A stretch of 64,000 bases of DNA from a bacterium (GTDB lineage Bacteria; UBA8248), in contig OZ244799.1 of assembly GCA_965219955.1 (NCBI GenBank), positions 2,368,001-2,432,000 on the forward strand, read 5' to 3'. Positions 28,420 through 38,691 of this stretch are shown one piece after another. Numbering within the stretch: the first letter of the stretch is position 1; every line of letters begins with the position of its first letter. Under the pieces are notes generated by a model. The model had not been told where the DNA came from. It was given only the letters and a program-made list of their open reading frames with translations, and ran no database searches. The position numbers were made by a program, and so were the translations under genes.

Positions 28420-28933
28420 GTATTCGAATCCCTACTCTTCATAAGAAAAATAATGCCCTCATAAATCAGGACGAACAATATGTCAGATTGGATACATTAG
28501 TAACACTTTTGGTGTTCCCTCGCAAAAACGCGGACCTACGGGACGCAAATCGCCGGGGCTTCTCCTCACCCGGCGAGGGTCGCGCGGACACCCTCATATG
28601 ACACATCGGCGACCGAACCCCAGAACTCATGGCCGCCATCTCCACCAGAATGCGAATTTGGCCAGAGGCGGATTGGGGGACGGGAGAAGAACACTGAACC
28701 AGCACATTGCGCAGGATAACCCGGTTCCTCATCAAGGGAATTTTGATTTGGAACGGCCAGATGCTAATATGCTTCCATTCAAGTTGCAAAATGAAATAGT
28801 CAAGCGGCGTGTAATGGTACGACGTGTTCCTGTAATACCCATTCGATTCCGGTGCGCTTCACCCAAGGAGTGCGCCCGGATTCCTCAATAGAACCGCTGG
28901 TTAAAACAGGCGGATCGGAAAGGAGGCAATACC

Positions 28934-30217
28934 ATGCAACGCTTCCTCATGTCTCATCTTTTGGTCGGCTTACTGACGGTGCTTCTCATAAGCCCGGCTT
29001 TCGCCCAGCAAAGGATCACCTGGTGGGAACACAGCAACCCGCCGCACAACAACTACTCGAAAGATCTGGTGGCGGAGTGGAACAAAAAGAACCCCAAAAC
29101 TCCCGTACAGTATGATTTTTTCGCGATGACCCCCTACTTCCAGAAACTCACGGCCGCACTCTCCACGCGCTCGGCGGCCGACATGTTCACGCTCATCGAC
29201 TTCCTGCTGCCCGGCTTCACCACAAAGAACGTCCTCGCGCCCATTCGTCCCGAATGGCTGGGCTACAAGGACTTAGAGGACATGAAGAAGGCTTACATAC
29301 CGGGGGCGCTCGACGGCTACATCCATAAGGGGAAACTCTACGCCATCCCTCCCATCGCTTCGGGCTTCAGCCTCTTCATCAACAGGAAGCACTTCAAGGA
29401 GGCGGGACTGGACCCGGACAAGGATTACCCGCGCACCTGGGAAGACGTAGGCCGCATCGGCAAAAAACTGGTGAAAATGAGGGGCAGCAGGATGGTGCGC
29501 GAGGGCTTCGATTTCGCCATGCACTCCTCCACTTGGACGATGTGGTACTTCAACACGACGATTCGGCAATACGGGGGAGAAGTCCTCGACGCCTCCGGGA
29601 AAAAGTGCACGGCCAACAGTGAAGCGGGCGTCAAGGCCATGAACGTCCGGGCCAGGATTGCGCACCACTACAAGGCTTCGGACCCCACCGTTAGTTTCGG
29701 CACCAACGCCCTTCCGGCCGACGATATACCCAAGGGGCGCGTCTCCATGTTCATCACCCACGCGGGAAGCGTGGCGCAATTCGGCCCCAAGATGATGAAG
29801 GACTTGAAAGTGGTGCCCTTCCCGCAGGTAGACCCCAAAAATCCCGTGACGCCGATTTACGGCTTCGCCCTCGCGGTGAATCCCCATATTTCCGAGGCGA
29901 AACAGAAGATAGTACACAGCGTGTTAAAACACGTCGTCAATGACTCCAAAACGTGGTACGAGAGAACGTCCTATCCCCATCCCGACAAAAATTTCCTGAA
30001 CCTTCCAGGGATGGAGGAGGCGCGCACGAAACGCTACCTGGGCGTGTTCGTGAAGGACATCTCGAACGGGCGCTTTCTTCAGCGCTCCGACAAGATACTC
30101 GAACTCAACCAGGCGATTCACCGGGCGATGGAGCGCGTGGTCTTGAAGAAGGAAGACTCCAAGAAGTCGCTCGACAGGGCGTGTAAGGAAATAGACGCGG
30201 CGCTGGCCAAGAAGTAG
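28934..30217 (+). CDS. carbohydrate-type (CUT1) ABC transporter solute-binding protein
   Basis: signal peptide ending AFA, GKLYAIP, LFINRKHFKEAGLDP...PRTWE, G-RVSM; strong AGGAGG RBS. Confidence 0.88.
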   Translation: MQRFLMSHLLVGLLTVLLISPAFAQQRITWWEHSNPPHNNYSKDLVAEWNKKNPKTPVQYDFFAMTPYFQKLTAALSTRSAADMFTLIDFLLPGFTTKNVLAPIRPEWLGYKDLEDMKKAYIPGALDGYIHKGKLYAIPPIASGFSLFINRKHFKEAGLDPDKDYPRTWEDVGRIGKKLVKMRGSRMVREGFDFAMHSSTWTMWYFNTTIRQYGGEVLDASGKKCTANSEAGVKAMNVRARIAHHYKASDPTVSFGTNALPADDIPKGRVSMFITHAGSVAQFGPKMMKDLKVVPFPQVDPKNPVTPIYGFALAVNPHISEAKQKIVHSVLKHVVNDSKTWYERTSYPHPDKNFLNLPGMEEARTKRYLGVFVKDISNGRFLQRSDKILELNQAIHRAMERVVLKKEDSKKSLDRACKEIDAALAKK

Positions 30218-30228
30218 GCGGAGAATCA

Positions 30229-31170
30229 ATGGGTCGCGAGATCGGAGCCGGCCGGGCTTTACCTTCGGTTATGCGGCGGATGGTGGCCGGCGGGGGGAAA
30301 TCCTCCCTCCACAGCCACCTCCGCTGGGCGGGGTTCTTCTTCGTTCTGCCTGCGCTCATTCATCTCGTGATCTTCAAGTTCTACCCCATGCTCCAGGCCT
30401 TCCGGCTGAGTTTTTTCCGCTACGACCTCATGAGCCCGCCCGTATTCACGGGGCTTGAGAACTACAACCTCCTCTGGGAAAACCCGCTGTTCCACCAATC
30501 CTTCTGGGTTTCGGTCAAGTACATGTTCGGCGTCTCCATACCGGAGTGGTTCTTCGCACTGGCCCTGGCCCTCCTCCTGAACCGGCGGATGCCGGGGCGG
30601 TCGGTTATTCGCCTGGCGTACTTCTTCCCCATCGCCATGTCGCAGATCGTCGTGGCCATGGTGTGGAAGTTCATGTACCACCCCTTCGGCCTGGTGAACA
30701 CGATTCTGGAGACTTTCGGGATCGGCCGCATCAATTGGCTCTCGATGGAGGAGTCGGCGCTGCCCGCCCTCATCGCCATCGGCATCTGGCGGGGCATCCC
30801 GCTGTTCGGCGTGATTTACCTGGCGGGCCTCCAGGCCATCCCGAAGGAATACCACGAGGCGGCCATCATAGACGGCGCGGGCGTGTTCCAGCGCTTCTTT
30901 TACGTGACGATCCCCCTGCTTCTCCCCACGATAATGTTCGTGATGGTGTTGTCTCTTCTGTCGGCCGTAAAGGTGTTCCTGAATCCTCTGGTCATGACCG
31001 AAGGCGGCCCCAACGGGACGACCCGGGTGCTCCCATACTTCATCTACGAGACGGGTTTCGCCTTCTTCCGGATGGGGGAGGCCGCCGCGGCTTCGATGGT
31101 GCTGTTCGTCTTTCTTTTCGGCCTGACCCTGATTCAGTTGCGGCTATTGCGTAGGGGAGGTGTGGAATGA
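30229..31170 (+). CDS. CUT1 ABC permease (MalF/UgpA-like)
   Basis: FTGLENY, YLAGLQAIPKEYHEAAIIDGA, TEGGP, MGEAAA. Confidence 0.9.
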   Translation: MGREIGAGRALPSVMRRMVAGGGKSSLHSHLRWAGFFFVLPALIHLVIFKFYPMLQAFRLSFFRYDLMSPPVFTGLENYNLLWENPLFHQSFWVSVKYMFGVSIPEWFFALALALLLNRRMPGRSVIRLAYFFPIAMSQIVVAMVWKFMYHPFGLVNTILETFGIGRINWLSMEESALPALIAIGIWRGIPLFGVIYLAGLQAIPKEYHEAAIIDGAGVFQRFFYVTIPLLLPTIMFVMVLSLLSAVKVFLNPLVMTEGGPNGTTRVLPYFIYETGFAFFRMGEAAAASMVLFVFLFGLTLIQLRLLRRGGVE

Positions 31171-32000
31171 GCCGGAAGACGATGCTCCGCTGTGGGGGTG
31201 CGCTCATATCCGTGCTCACGGTCGGAGGAGTCATAGTCATGCTCCTTCCCTACTTCTGGATGGTCTCCTCCTCCATCAAGACGGGAATCGAAGTCTTCGA
31301 TCTCCCCATCAAATGGATACCGGATGAGATCCAGTGGGTGAACTACCCCAACGCCCTGACCAAAGGGGCTTTCGGGGTCTATTTCTACAACAGCTTCGTC
31401 GTGGCTTTCGCGGTGATGGCGGGGAACCTCGTTTTCTGCACACTCGCGGGCTACGGCCTGGCCAAGTTCCGCTTTCCCCACCGGGAGTTGTGCTTCAAGT
31501 TGATTCTGAGCACTTTGATGCTCCCGCTCGAGATCGTGCTGGTGCCCACTTTCCTCGTGGTGCGGGAGTTGGGCCTCGTCAATACATATGGCGGGCTGAT
31601 TGCCCCACTGGCGGTGGACGCTTTCGGCGTTTTTCTCATGCGCCAGTCCATCAGGGACATTCCCGACTCCCTCATCGAGGCGGCGCGGATGGACGGATGC
31701 AGCGAGTTCGGTATTTTCTGGCGCATTATCCTTCCCAACTGCAAACCTGCACTGGGCGCACTTGCGCTGCTCGCCTTCCGTGACAACTGGGATCAGTTCC
31801 TCTGGCCGTTCATCGTGGCGACGACCGACGACTTGAAGACCTTCCCGCTCGGCCTCGCCCAGATGGAGGGCATCGATTCGGCCGCCTACCATGAAATCAT
31901 GGCGCTCGCGGTTCTGGGGATGATCCCGGCGGCGTTCATATTCCTGTTCTTCCAGCGCGCCTTCGTCCGCGGCATCACGCTCACGGGGCTGAAGGAGTGA
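31167..32000 (+). CDS. CUT1 ABC permease (MalG/UgpE-like)
   Basis: NS, AGYGLAKFRF, IPDSLIEAARMDG EAA loop, WDQFLWP, FQRAFVRG. Confidence 0.9.
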   Translation: MSRKTMLRCGGALISVLTVGGVIVMLLPYFWMVSSSIKTGIEVFDLPIKWIPDEIQWVNYPNALTKGAFGVYFYNSFVVAFAVMAGNLVFCTLAGYGLAKFRFPHRELCFKLILSTLMLPLEIVLVPTFLVVRELGLVNTYGGLIAPLAVDAFGVFLMRQSIRDIPDSLIEAARMDGCSEFGIFWRIILPNCKPALGALALLAFRDNWDQFLWPFIVATTDDLKTFPLGLAQMEGIDSAAYHEIMALAVLGMIPAAFIFLFFQRAFVRGITLTGLKE

Positions 32001-32120
32001 GAAGCATGAAAGCGCCCATGCCAAGCTTGCCGGCAGCCGTCAAGCCCACGGAGAAGCGCCTTCCGGCCCCTTGTTCCATGAGGGCGCCCGCCGCCTTTCT
32101 CGCCGAGAGGAGAATCTGAG

Positions 32121-33200
32121 ATGGGGGAAGTTTTACTCGAAGACCTCACCAAGGATTTCGGCGAGGTGATAGCAGTTAAGGAGGTGAACCTCACGATCCA
32201 CGACGGGGAGTTCGTAGTGCTCCTAGGGCCATCGGGGTGCGGCAAGACCACTACGCTCCGGATGATCGCGGGTCTCGAGGAGATCACGAGCGGGCGCATC
32301 CTCCTGGATGAGCGCGTGCTGAACGACGTGCACCCGCGCGACCGCGACATCGCCATGGTGTTCCAGAACTACGCGCTCTACCCCCACATGAGCGTCTACA
32401 AGAACATGGCCTTCGGCCTCAAGATGCGCAAGGTCGCCAAGGACGAGATCGACCGCAAGGTGAAGAGCGCCGCCGGCATCCTGGGCATCGAAACCCTGCT
32501 CGGGCGCTACCCGGGCAAACTCTCCGGGGGCCAGCGCCAGCGGGTCGCCCTCGGGCGCGCCATCGTCCGGGACCCGCGCGTCTTCCTCTTCGACGAGCCG
32601 CTCTCGAACCTTGACGCCAAGCTGCGGGTCCAGACCCGGGTGGAACTCCTCAAGCTCCATCAACACCTCGCCGCCACCTCGATCTACGTCACCCACGATC
32701 AGGTCGAGGCCATGACCATGGGGGACAGGATCGTGGTCATGCACGAGGGGGTCATCCAGCAGGTCGGCCCCCCGATGGAGGTCTACCAGAACCCGGCGAA
32801 CCAGTTCGTGGCGGGCTTCATCGGGAGCCCTTCGATGAACTTCCTGCCCGCCACGGTGCGCTTTGAGGCGGGGCGGACGTTCCTCGAAGGCGCCGGCTTC
32901 CGGATTCCCCTGCCGACGGAGCGCGCGGGCGGACTCCAAGGGCGCGAGGGCGGGGAGGTCATATTCGGCATTCGGCCCGAAGACATGCGCCTTGGTACAG
33001 AGGGCGAGCTAGAGGGGGCGGTCGAGATCATCGAGCCGGTGGGATCGGACATCTTCCTCGACCTGAACGTGGGGGGCGCCTCCCTCACCGCGCGGGTGGA
33101 ATCCAGCGTCCGGATGAGCCAGGGCGAGCGCGTCCGCCTCCGCGCCGACCCGGCGCGCGTCCACGCCTTCGACCCAGAATCCGGCGTCACGCTCGTCTGA
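32121..33200 (+). CDS. CUT1 ABC ATP-binding protein (MalK/UgpC-like)
   Basis: GPSGCGKTT, MVFQNYALYPHM, LSGGQRQRVALGRA, DEPLSNLDAKLR, VTHDQVEAMT. Confidence 0.95.
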   Translation: MGEVLLEDLTKDFGEVIAVKEVNLTIHDGEFVVLLGPSGCGKTTTLRMIAGLEEITSGRILLDERVLNDVHPRDRDIAMVFQNYALYPHMSVYKNMAFGLKMRKVAKDEIDRKVKSAAGILGIETLLGRYPGKLSGGQRQRVALGRAIVRDPRVFLFDEPLSNLDAKLRVQTRVELLKLHQHLAATSIYVTHDQVEAMTMGDRIVVMHEGVIQQVGPPMEVYQNPANQFVAGFIGSPSMNFLPATVRFEAGRTFLEGAGFRIPLPTERAGGLQGREGGEVIFGIRPEDMRLGTEGELEGAVEIIEPVGSDIFLDLNVGGASLTARVESSVRMSQGERVRLRADPARVHAFDPESGVTLV

Positions 33201-33302
33201 GGTCAGCGCACCGACATACCGTAATCGTTCATACCGCCAGGAAGCCCTGGCGGTAATCACCAAATCGTCATTTCTGGTTAAGGTGCAACAGGCATAAAAG
33301 AG

Positions 33303-33340
33303 ACATAGAGAAATCCGCCTGACGGCGAAATCCCCTATGT
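33303..33340 (-). terminator. intrinsic terminator downstream of tRNA-Ala
   Basis: minus strand ACATAGGGGATTTCGCC-GTCA-GGCGGATTTCTCTATGT followed by CTTTT. Confidence 0.55.
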
Positions 33341-33352
33341 TTTTGATTTAGT

Positions 33353-33428
33353 TGGTGGAGCTGAGGGGGATCGAACCCCTGACCTCATGACTGCCAGTCA
33401 TGCGCTCTCCCAGCTGAGCTACAGCCCC
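33353..33428 (-). tRNA. tRNA-Ala (GGC)
   Basis: reverse complement GGGGCTGTAGCTCAGCTGGGAGAGCGCATGACTGGCAGTCATGAGGTCAGGGGTTCGATCCCCCTCAGCTCCACCA; 76 nt, GGC anticodon, G3:U70, encoded CCA. Confidence 0.98.
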
Positions 33429-33524
33429 ATACAGGTGGAATTTCCTGACCCCCGAGGGGTGCGAAGGAATGTAGCGGAAACCGCGCTTCCGCGTCAACGC
33501 GGGAAGGAGCGGGACAAAACTTCC

Positions 33525-34610
33525 TTAACTTCCCGGATCCGGCTCCCCTGAGAACGCGCGCACCTGATCGGAAAGCTCCGTGAAATCGGCGCCGCCCGTC
33601 GTGTCCTCGGTCAGGATTTCGACTTCTCCGGGTCCGCTCGCGCCGAGGCCGAGTTCGACCGCGCGCCTGATCTGGCGGTGCGACCAGACGGGATAATCCT
33701 GCAGGAGTTCGGAGCCCATGGCGCGCACCACCGAGGCCCCTACAACGTCCACGGCAATACGATCGTCGCCCGCGATGATCACGTTCGGCTCTCGCTCCTC
33801 CCCGGTGTAGGGGCCGCCCGAAATCCAGCACTTCGTCCCGTCGAGCACGATCAGGGAAGGTGAGTAGAGCAGGTTCGTCTCCATGATCATCTCCGCCATC
33901 TGGGAGACGAAATGCGCGCGGACGCGGTCCCTCGGGTGCACGAACCCGTATACGTTCTTGAGCGAGAGGCTGAAGCGCGGCCCCCCGCCGTGGCTCTTCA
34001 TGGTGGGCAGGTTGACGACGTGCTGGCCGGGCGTCATCAGGCGCTCGATGCAGTGCACCCACCCGCCCCAGCGAATCGCTTTTGGGATTCGGGCCTTCAC
34101 CCAGGGTTCCTCGTCGAAGCGCAGGAGGCCCACGCCCGTTCGCTCCTGGAAATCGTTCATCCCCCAGCGCTCGAAATTCCCGCGCGCAGGCAGGGAGAGG
34201 AGCCCGCCCATCTCGCCCACGGCCAGGTCGCCGCAACCCGCCTCCTTCAGGAGGGCGACGACGGTATCGAGCGTGTCGGGATGCGTCGAGGCCGGGAACG
34301 GGTCGGCGGAGTTGAAGTTGGGTTTTAAGAGCGCGGGCTTAGGCGAATCGATGATTTGCCGGATGCCGCCCAGTTTCTCGACTGCGAGGCGTATGGCCTC
34401 ATCGCGCGTCTCCCCGCGCACCATGGCCACGAGGCTTTTGCCCTCCTTCTTGAGCTTTGGACTGCGAAGGGGCGGTGGTTCCGCTTCGGGGTATTCCTGC
34501 TTGGTTTCTTGAAGCGCGCGGTAGGCCGCCGATTCATCGAAATCGAGGACTTTCCTGAAATTCTCGGCCCGCGTCGCAACCGGCGTATCGAGTGGAACGA
34601 TCATTCTCAC
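33525..34610 (-). CDS. DUF362 domain protein
   Basis: [47 protein letters not shown]. Confidence 0.85.
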   Translation of the reverse strand: MRMIVPLDTPVATRAENFRKVLDFDESAAYRALQETKQEYPEAEPPPLRSPKLKKEGKSLVAMVRGETRDEAIRLAVEKLGGIRQIIDSPKPALLKPNFNSADPFPASTHPDTLDTVVALLKEAGCGDLAVGEMGGLLSLPARGNFERWGMNDFQERTGVGLLRFDEEPWVKARIPKAIRWGGWVHCIERLMTPGQHVVNLPTMKSHGGGPRFSLSLKNVYGFVHPRDRVRAHFVSQMAEMIMETNLLYSPSLIVLDGTKCWISGGPYTGEEREPNVIIAGDDRIAVDVVGASVVRAMGSELLQDYPVWSHRQIRRAVELGLGASGPGEVEILTEDTTGGADFTELSDQVRAFSGEPDPGS

Positions 34611-34713
34611 ATCCTCCCGAAGAAGGTGATTCTTCTTATCCCGTAAAAACCCATTCTACCGCGAAGGCCGGTTTTGCGAAACTACCAGGGTCTCTCTCAC
34701 TCCCCCCTTGAGG

Positions 34714-35066
34714 GGATTGTTGAAAAAGCCTGATTTCGTGATTCGAAGTATGGAGCCGAGCAGGGAGGGGGCCGTAGGGACAGGCCCCTATGCCTGTCCT
34801 CATGAAGCGCAACCACGCGGATGGACATCCGATGCGGGCGGCCACGGGGGGCCGCCCCTACAGCGGTCCTCTTTCATACCGCGCAGGCGGCCACAAAACC
34901 TCATCCTGAGTAGGCGCGTGAGCGCCGTATCGAAGGATGGGGGGCGCATTTCTGCGGTGAGCACGAATTTCGGCCCTTCGATACGCCGCCTTCGGCGGCT
35001 ACTCAGGGTGAGGAAAGAGGCGTTGGCGGTTTGCGGGGATCGCAGACGAGGTTTTTTCAACAACCC
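34714..35066. mobile_element. MITE-like element copy 1 with REP-like cargo
   Basis: ends GGATTGTTGAAAAA ... TTTTTCAACAACCC; no credible ORF; interior made of palindromes shared with other copies. Confidence 0.7.
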
Positions 35067-35306
35067 CTGAAGGGGTTTATGGCGAAACCATTCTCTATGA
35101 TTGTGATTTCACTCCCCCGGCGAAGCCGGAACAAATACAGAGAGACAGGAGATATTCGCCGCATGAAATTGTCTTTCGCCCGTATCCTGTAATAGACTCT
35201 GGCCCCATCAGCGCAAGGCAGGACAAGCGAGTCCCAAAGACGCATCGCCTCCCGAAGCCTCCCGAAGCGCCTCGACGACGATCTTGCACCTGAAGAAAGG
35301 TTTTTC

Positions 35307-36143
35307 ATGCTGTTTTTCATTCAGTTCCTGGCGATGGGCTTAGGGGTCGGCGTGCTCGGCACGCTGGTCGGCGCGGGCGGCGGCTTCATCCTCACGCCCC
35401 TGCTCCTGCTGATCTTCACCGACCAGCCCTCGGAAGTCATCGCTGCCACCTCGCTCAGCGTGGTCTGCCTGAACGCCCTTTCGGGCTCGGTCGCCTATTA
35501 CCGCCAAAGGCGGATCGACATCAAGACGAGCGTCTCTTTCGCGCTGGCCGGTTCGGTCGGAGCGGTAATCGGCGTCTTCGCCACGAGCGAGGTCGCGCGG
35601 GGGCCATTCGACTTCCTGCTGGGCCTGGCCCTGCTGATCCTGTGCATCTCCATCATCAACCCGCCGCCTCCCTTCGAGGCGACGCGCGAGAGCCCCGGCG
35701 GCATCGGTGCGCTCGCGCACCGGCGCATCGTGGACAGCCAAGGCAAAGTCTATGAATACGCCTTCCGCTTCCGGCTCGGCGCAGCCTTAAGCTCCATCGT
35801 GGGTTTTCTGGCGACATTTCTGGGCATCGGGGGCGGCCCCATGCACGTGCCGCTGATGATACGGATCCTGCGCATCCCGCCCCACATCGCCACCGCCACC
35901 TCGCAGTGCGAACTTCTCTTCACCACCGCCCTCGCCGTGGCGTTTCATTTCATCCTCGGCAACCTCCACGCGATGAAGAGCGTGATTCTTCCCCTCGCGA
36001 TGGGGATCATCGTGGGCGCGCAGGCGGGCGCCGCGATCTCGCACAGGGTGAAATCCCTCACGCTCACGCGCATCCTGGCGGTGCTGATGACGCTGGTTTC
36101 GCTGCAGCTTCTCTACAAAGGGGCGAGCGAATGGCTTCGGTAG
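35307..36143 (+). CDS. TSUP / TauE-SafE (sulfite exporter) family membrane protein
   Basis: GTLVGAGGGFILTP, AATSL, second repeat LGIGGGPMHVP, ATATS, GAQAGA. Confidence 0.88.
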   Translation: MLFFIQFLAMGLGVGVLGTLVGAGGGFILTPLLLLIFTDQPSEVIAATSLSVVCLNALSGSVAYYRQRRIDIKTSVSFALAGSVGAVIGVFATSEVARGPFDFLLGLALLILCISIINPPPPFEATRESPGGIGALAHRRIVDSQGKVYEYAFRFRLGAALSSIVGFLATFLGIGGGPMHVPLMIRILRIPPHIATATSQCELLFTTALAVAFHFILGNLHAMKSVILPLAMGIIVGAQAGAAISHRVKSLTLTRILAVLMTLVSLQLLYKGASEWLR

Positions 36144-36270
36144 ATGGCGCGGCGGTCTGGCAAAACGACGCGGCATGTGTGAAAATGCGAACTCTGGTTA
36201 TCAACCATCGGGACAATTCCATTCAACAAGGCGTCCGCACGTAGCGGCGGACGAGAAGGAGAGTCTGAAC

Positions 36271-37053
36271 ATGTCGGATAGAGTAACCGTCGTAGAGGTG
36301 AAAGACAGAACCCTTTGGGTGGGGCTTAACCGCCCCAAAACGCTGAACGCGATGAATTTCCAGATGATCAACGAAGTCATCGAGGCCTTCACCCGGCTCG
36401 ATGAGGACCCCGACATCGGCGTGGGCGTCCTCTACGGCTTGGACGGGAACTTCTCCTCGGGCGGCGACATGGACATGATGCTGGGGCTCAACTACCAGAC
36501 CGGCCACATCTGGAACAACAAGATGCGGCGGCTGTGCATGACCCTCAGAAACTCGGGCAAGCCCACCATCGCCATGGTGCGCGGCTGGTGCATCGGCGGC
36601 GGCAACGAGTGGCAGCTTTACTGCGACCTTTGCATCGCGAGCGAGAACGCGACGTTCGGGCAATCGGGCGCGCGCGTAGGCGCGCTGCCCGTGGTGGGCG
36701 CCACGCAGTACCTCCCGCTTCTGATGGGCGACCGCAGGGCGCGCGAGATGCTGTTCCTGGCGAAGCGCTACCCCGCGCAGGAGGCGAAGGAAGTCGGCCT
36801 CATCAACGAAGTCGTGCCGGATGATGAACTGGAGAAGACGACCGAGGAGTGGTGCGCCACCATCAACTCCCACGCCCCGGCCACGCTGCGCTACATGAAG
36901 ACGAACCTGAACTTCCTGGGCGACCTCCACTACCCCTCCTGGATGCACGGTAGCGAACTATTGAACGCCGTGTGGAACAACGAGCAATCCGTCGAGGGCA
37001 TGAACGCGTTCAAGGAGAAAAGGCCGCCCGACTTCAGCCGCTTCCCGCGTTAG
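36271..37053 (+). CDS. crotonase-fold enzyme, MenB/BadI-like (possible ring-opening beta-ketoacyl-CoA hydrolase)
   Basis: LNRPKTLNA, FSSGGD, KPTIAMVRGWCIGGG, FGQSGARVG, RAREM, EGMNAFKEKRPPDF; start at 36271 after AAGGAG. Confidence 0.85.
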   Translation: MSDRVTVVEVKDRTLWVGLNRPKTLNAMNFQMINEVIEAFTRLDEDPDIGVGVLYGLDGNFSSGGDMDMMLGLNYQTGHIWNNKMRRLCMTLRNSGKPTIAMVRGWCIGGGNEWQLYCDLCIASENATFGQSGARVGALPVVGATQYLPLLMGDRRAREMLFLAKRYPAQEAKEVGLINEVVPDDELEKTTEEWCATINSHAPATLRYMKTNLNFLGDLHYPSWMHGSELLNAVWNNEQSVEGMNAFKEKRPPDFSRFPR

Positions 37054-37091
37054 GGGAAACGATTCACCATCCCGGCCGCCGCACCCGTAGG

Positions 37092-37327
37092 GGGTTGTTG
37101 AATAGCCCACATTTCAGGGGTAGAGGAGAAGCCCCTCTCGGATAGAAAAGCAACCCCCCCTACCCCCCCCCTTGTCAGGGGGGCAAGAAAAAACAAAAGC
37201 CCCTCAGCAGGCGGCGGGCGTCGCCTTTTTTACCCCCCTGACAAGGGGGGGGGTAGGGGGGGTTGCTTTTATGGGGTCTCCCTTTCTAGGGGTTACCACT
37301 CCCCTCTCAGAGACTTTTCAACACTCC
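37092..37327. mobile_element. MITE-like element copy 2, inserted in a GTAG-type REP
   Basis: GGGTTGTTGAA ... TTCAACACTCC with CCGTAGG on both flanks; interior is a long palindrome also found at 60928-61049. Confidence 0.7.
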
Positions 37328-37329
37328 CC

Positions 37330-37357
37330 GTAGGGGCGGTTCGCGAACCGCCCCTAC
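37330..37357. repeat. GTAG-type REP palindrome
   Basis: GTAGGGGCGGTTCGCGAACCGCCCCTAC perfect palindrome; variant at 45782. Confidence 0.8.
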
Positions 37358-37538
37358 AAAACCGCCATCTCGCCCGCCGTTGGCAGACACGCTGGTCCGC
37401 CCCCACGGAAACGACATTCTCTCCCCCGGCAGTCGGAACGTCCCTCTCCGACCGGGCTTGACCCTCATAGAGGGAGAGTACCGGCGTAATGAAAAAGAAA
37501 AGGCGGTTGTGCGGAAAGAACAGAGACGCGAATCGCCC

Positions 37539-38204
37539 CTAGCGCGCGTAGCCCCTGCGTTTGTAGACGCCGGGAGAGCCGGGCTCCTGTTGGTAATAGC
37601 TCCTCACGCGCGCCGTCCATTCGGAAGCGTTCATGTGCTTCCACTCGGGCGTCTCGCGCACGGATTCGCCTTCCATCTCGTAGAGGACGATCATGAGCCT
37701 CGGCCCCTCCACGGTGTTGTAGCGGCGCATGCGCCTCACGCCCGGGACTTTTTCGCAAAGGGGTCCGCGATCACAGGAATACCAGCCGTTGAAATCGCCG
37801 AGATTCTCTTCGGGCACGTTGATTCTACCGAACTGAATAACGGGGCCGAGACCCGCCGCGTCCACCGAGGGAAAATCGGGCTGCCGGGCCGGCAAGCCGG
37901 GATAAACCTGCGCGCATACGAGACGAATGTGGGTTGTCGGTGCGACGGGGAAGCGCATGTCGTCGGAGTCCATGAGCGAGGCGAATTCCTCGCCATAGAA
38001 CACGTGAACGTTCTCCGCCTCCAGGAGGTTCAGGTAGCGCGGCGCGCCGTCGATGACCTCATAGCTCGCGCCTCCGTTCACGCCCGAGGCTTCGAGCATT
38101 CGCGTCAGGCGAACCTCATCGAGCCATGCACGCGCCTCAACTTCCTCGCCCTCTGCGAAGTCGAACATCTCGACGAGCAAACCCATGCCATGTGTACGTA
38201 CCAA
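37539..38204 (-). CDS. EthD/DUF4286-like dimeric alpha-beta barrel protein (two repeats)
   Basis: two repeats of the E/D-xx-W-(Y/L)...(PG/SG)V...Y pattern (EARAWLDE..SGV..RYLNLLE; DFNGWYS..VPGVRRMRRY..IVLYE); TTG start inferred. Confidence 0.6.
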   Translation of the reverse strand: MVRTHGMGLLVEMFDFAEGEEVEARAWLDEVRLTRMLEASGVNGGASYEVIDGAPRYLNLLEAENVHVFYGEEFASLMDSDDMRFPVAPTTHIRLVCAQVYPGLPARQPDFPSVDAAGLGPVIQFGRINVPEENLGDFNGWYSCDRGPLCEKVPGVRRMRRYNTVEGPRLMIVLYEMEGESVRETPEWKHMNASEWTARVRSYYQQEPGSPGVYKRRGYAR

Positions 38205-38253
38205 AACAGTCTTGCCTCTTTGGCGACGGGAAATAGAATAGGGAGAGTCTACA

Positions 38254-38547
38254 CTATTTCTTCTGGAGAGCCACTCGTATCGTCCCCCCGTACTGCGCGG
38301 CCACCAGATGATGGGGGCGATACCCTTCCTTGATGATTTCAACCGTGAACGTATCCGCGTAATGATCCTTGATCTTCTTCCAGGGGATGATGACCGGCGA
38401 TTTGCCTATCTTCTCCTTGCCGAGCTTCACCGTGGCGCCCGGAGGATCGGTGATCACCTCAACGCCGCGCGGCACCATGTCGCCGCATCCGCTCAAAACG
38501 AGAAAGGCGGCGATGAGCGCCAATCCCATGCCGAGGGTCTTGCGCAT
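38254..38547 (-). CDS. small PEGA-domain lipoprotein
   Basis: lipobox LVLSGC, ITDPPGATVKL..GKSP, KEGY; RBS GAAGGAG. Confidence 0.75.
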   Translation of the reverse strand: MRKTLGMGLALIAAFLVLSGCGDMVPRGVEVITDPPGATVKLGKEKIGKSPVIIPWKKIKDHYADTFTVEIIKEGYRPHHLVAAQYGGTIRVALQKK

Positions 38548-38691
38548 TCTTTGTTTCTCCTTCATTGCTGTGTCCATCAAATATCGTATATGCGAAGCGG
38601 GCGAACTGGAAGGCCCCCACCCTGACTCTCAGGAGATTATGAACCCATCTCTTGACAAAATCCACCACCAAACACACTCTCGGCGAGAAAT

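Noticed and set aside
28742-28830. Possible sigma54 promoters (TGGAACGGCCAGATGC, TGGTACGACGTGTTCC)
   Set aside because: GG-GC spacing is 11 rather than 10 in the first; the second lacks the GC
33353-33428. tRNA-Ala as integration site of a genomic island
   Set aside because: No integrase and no duplicate of the tRNA 3' end seen in the window; a normal terminator follows
34708-35320. Small ORFs overlapping the MITE-like repeats (also 45191-45922, 55995-56742, 62565-63302)
   Set aside because: They are translations of palindromic repeat DNA (e.g. GLLKKP / GFFNNP from the TIRs); no transposase or RAYT motifs
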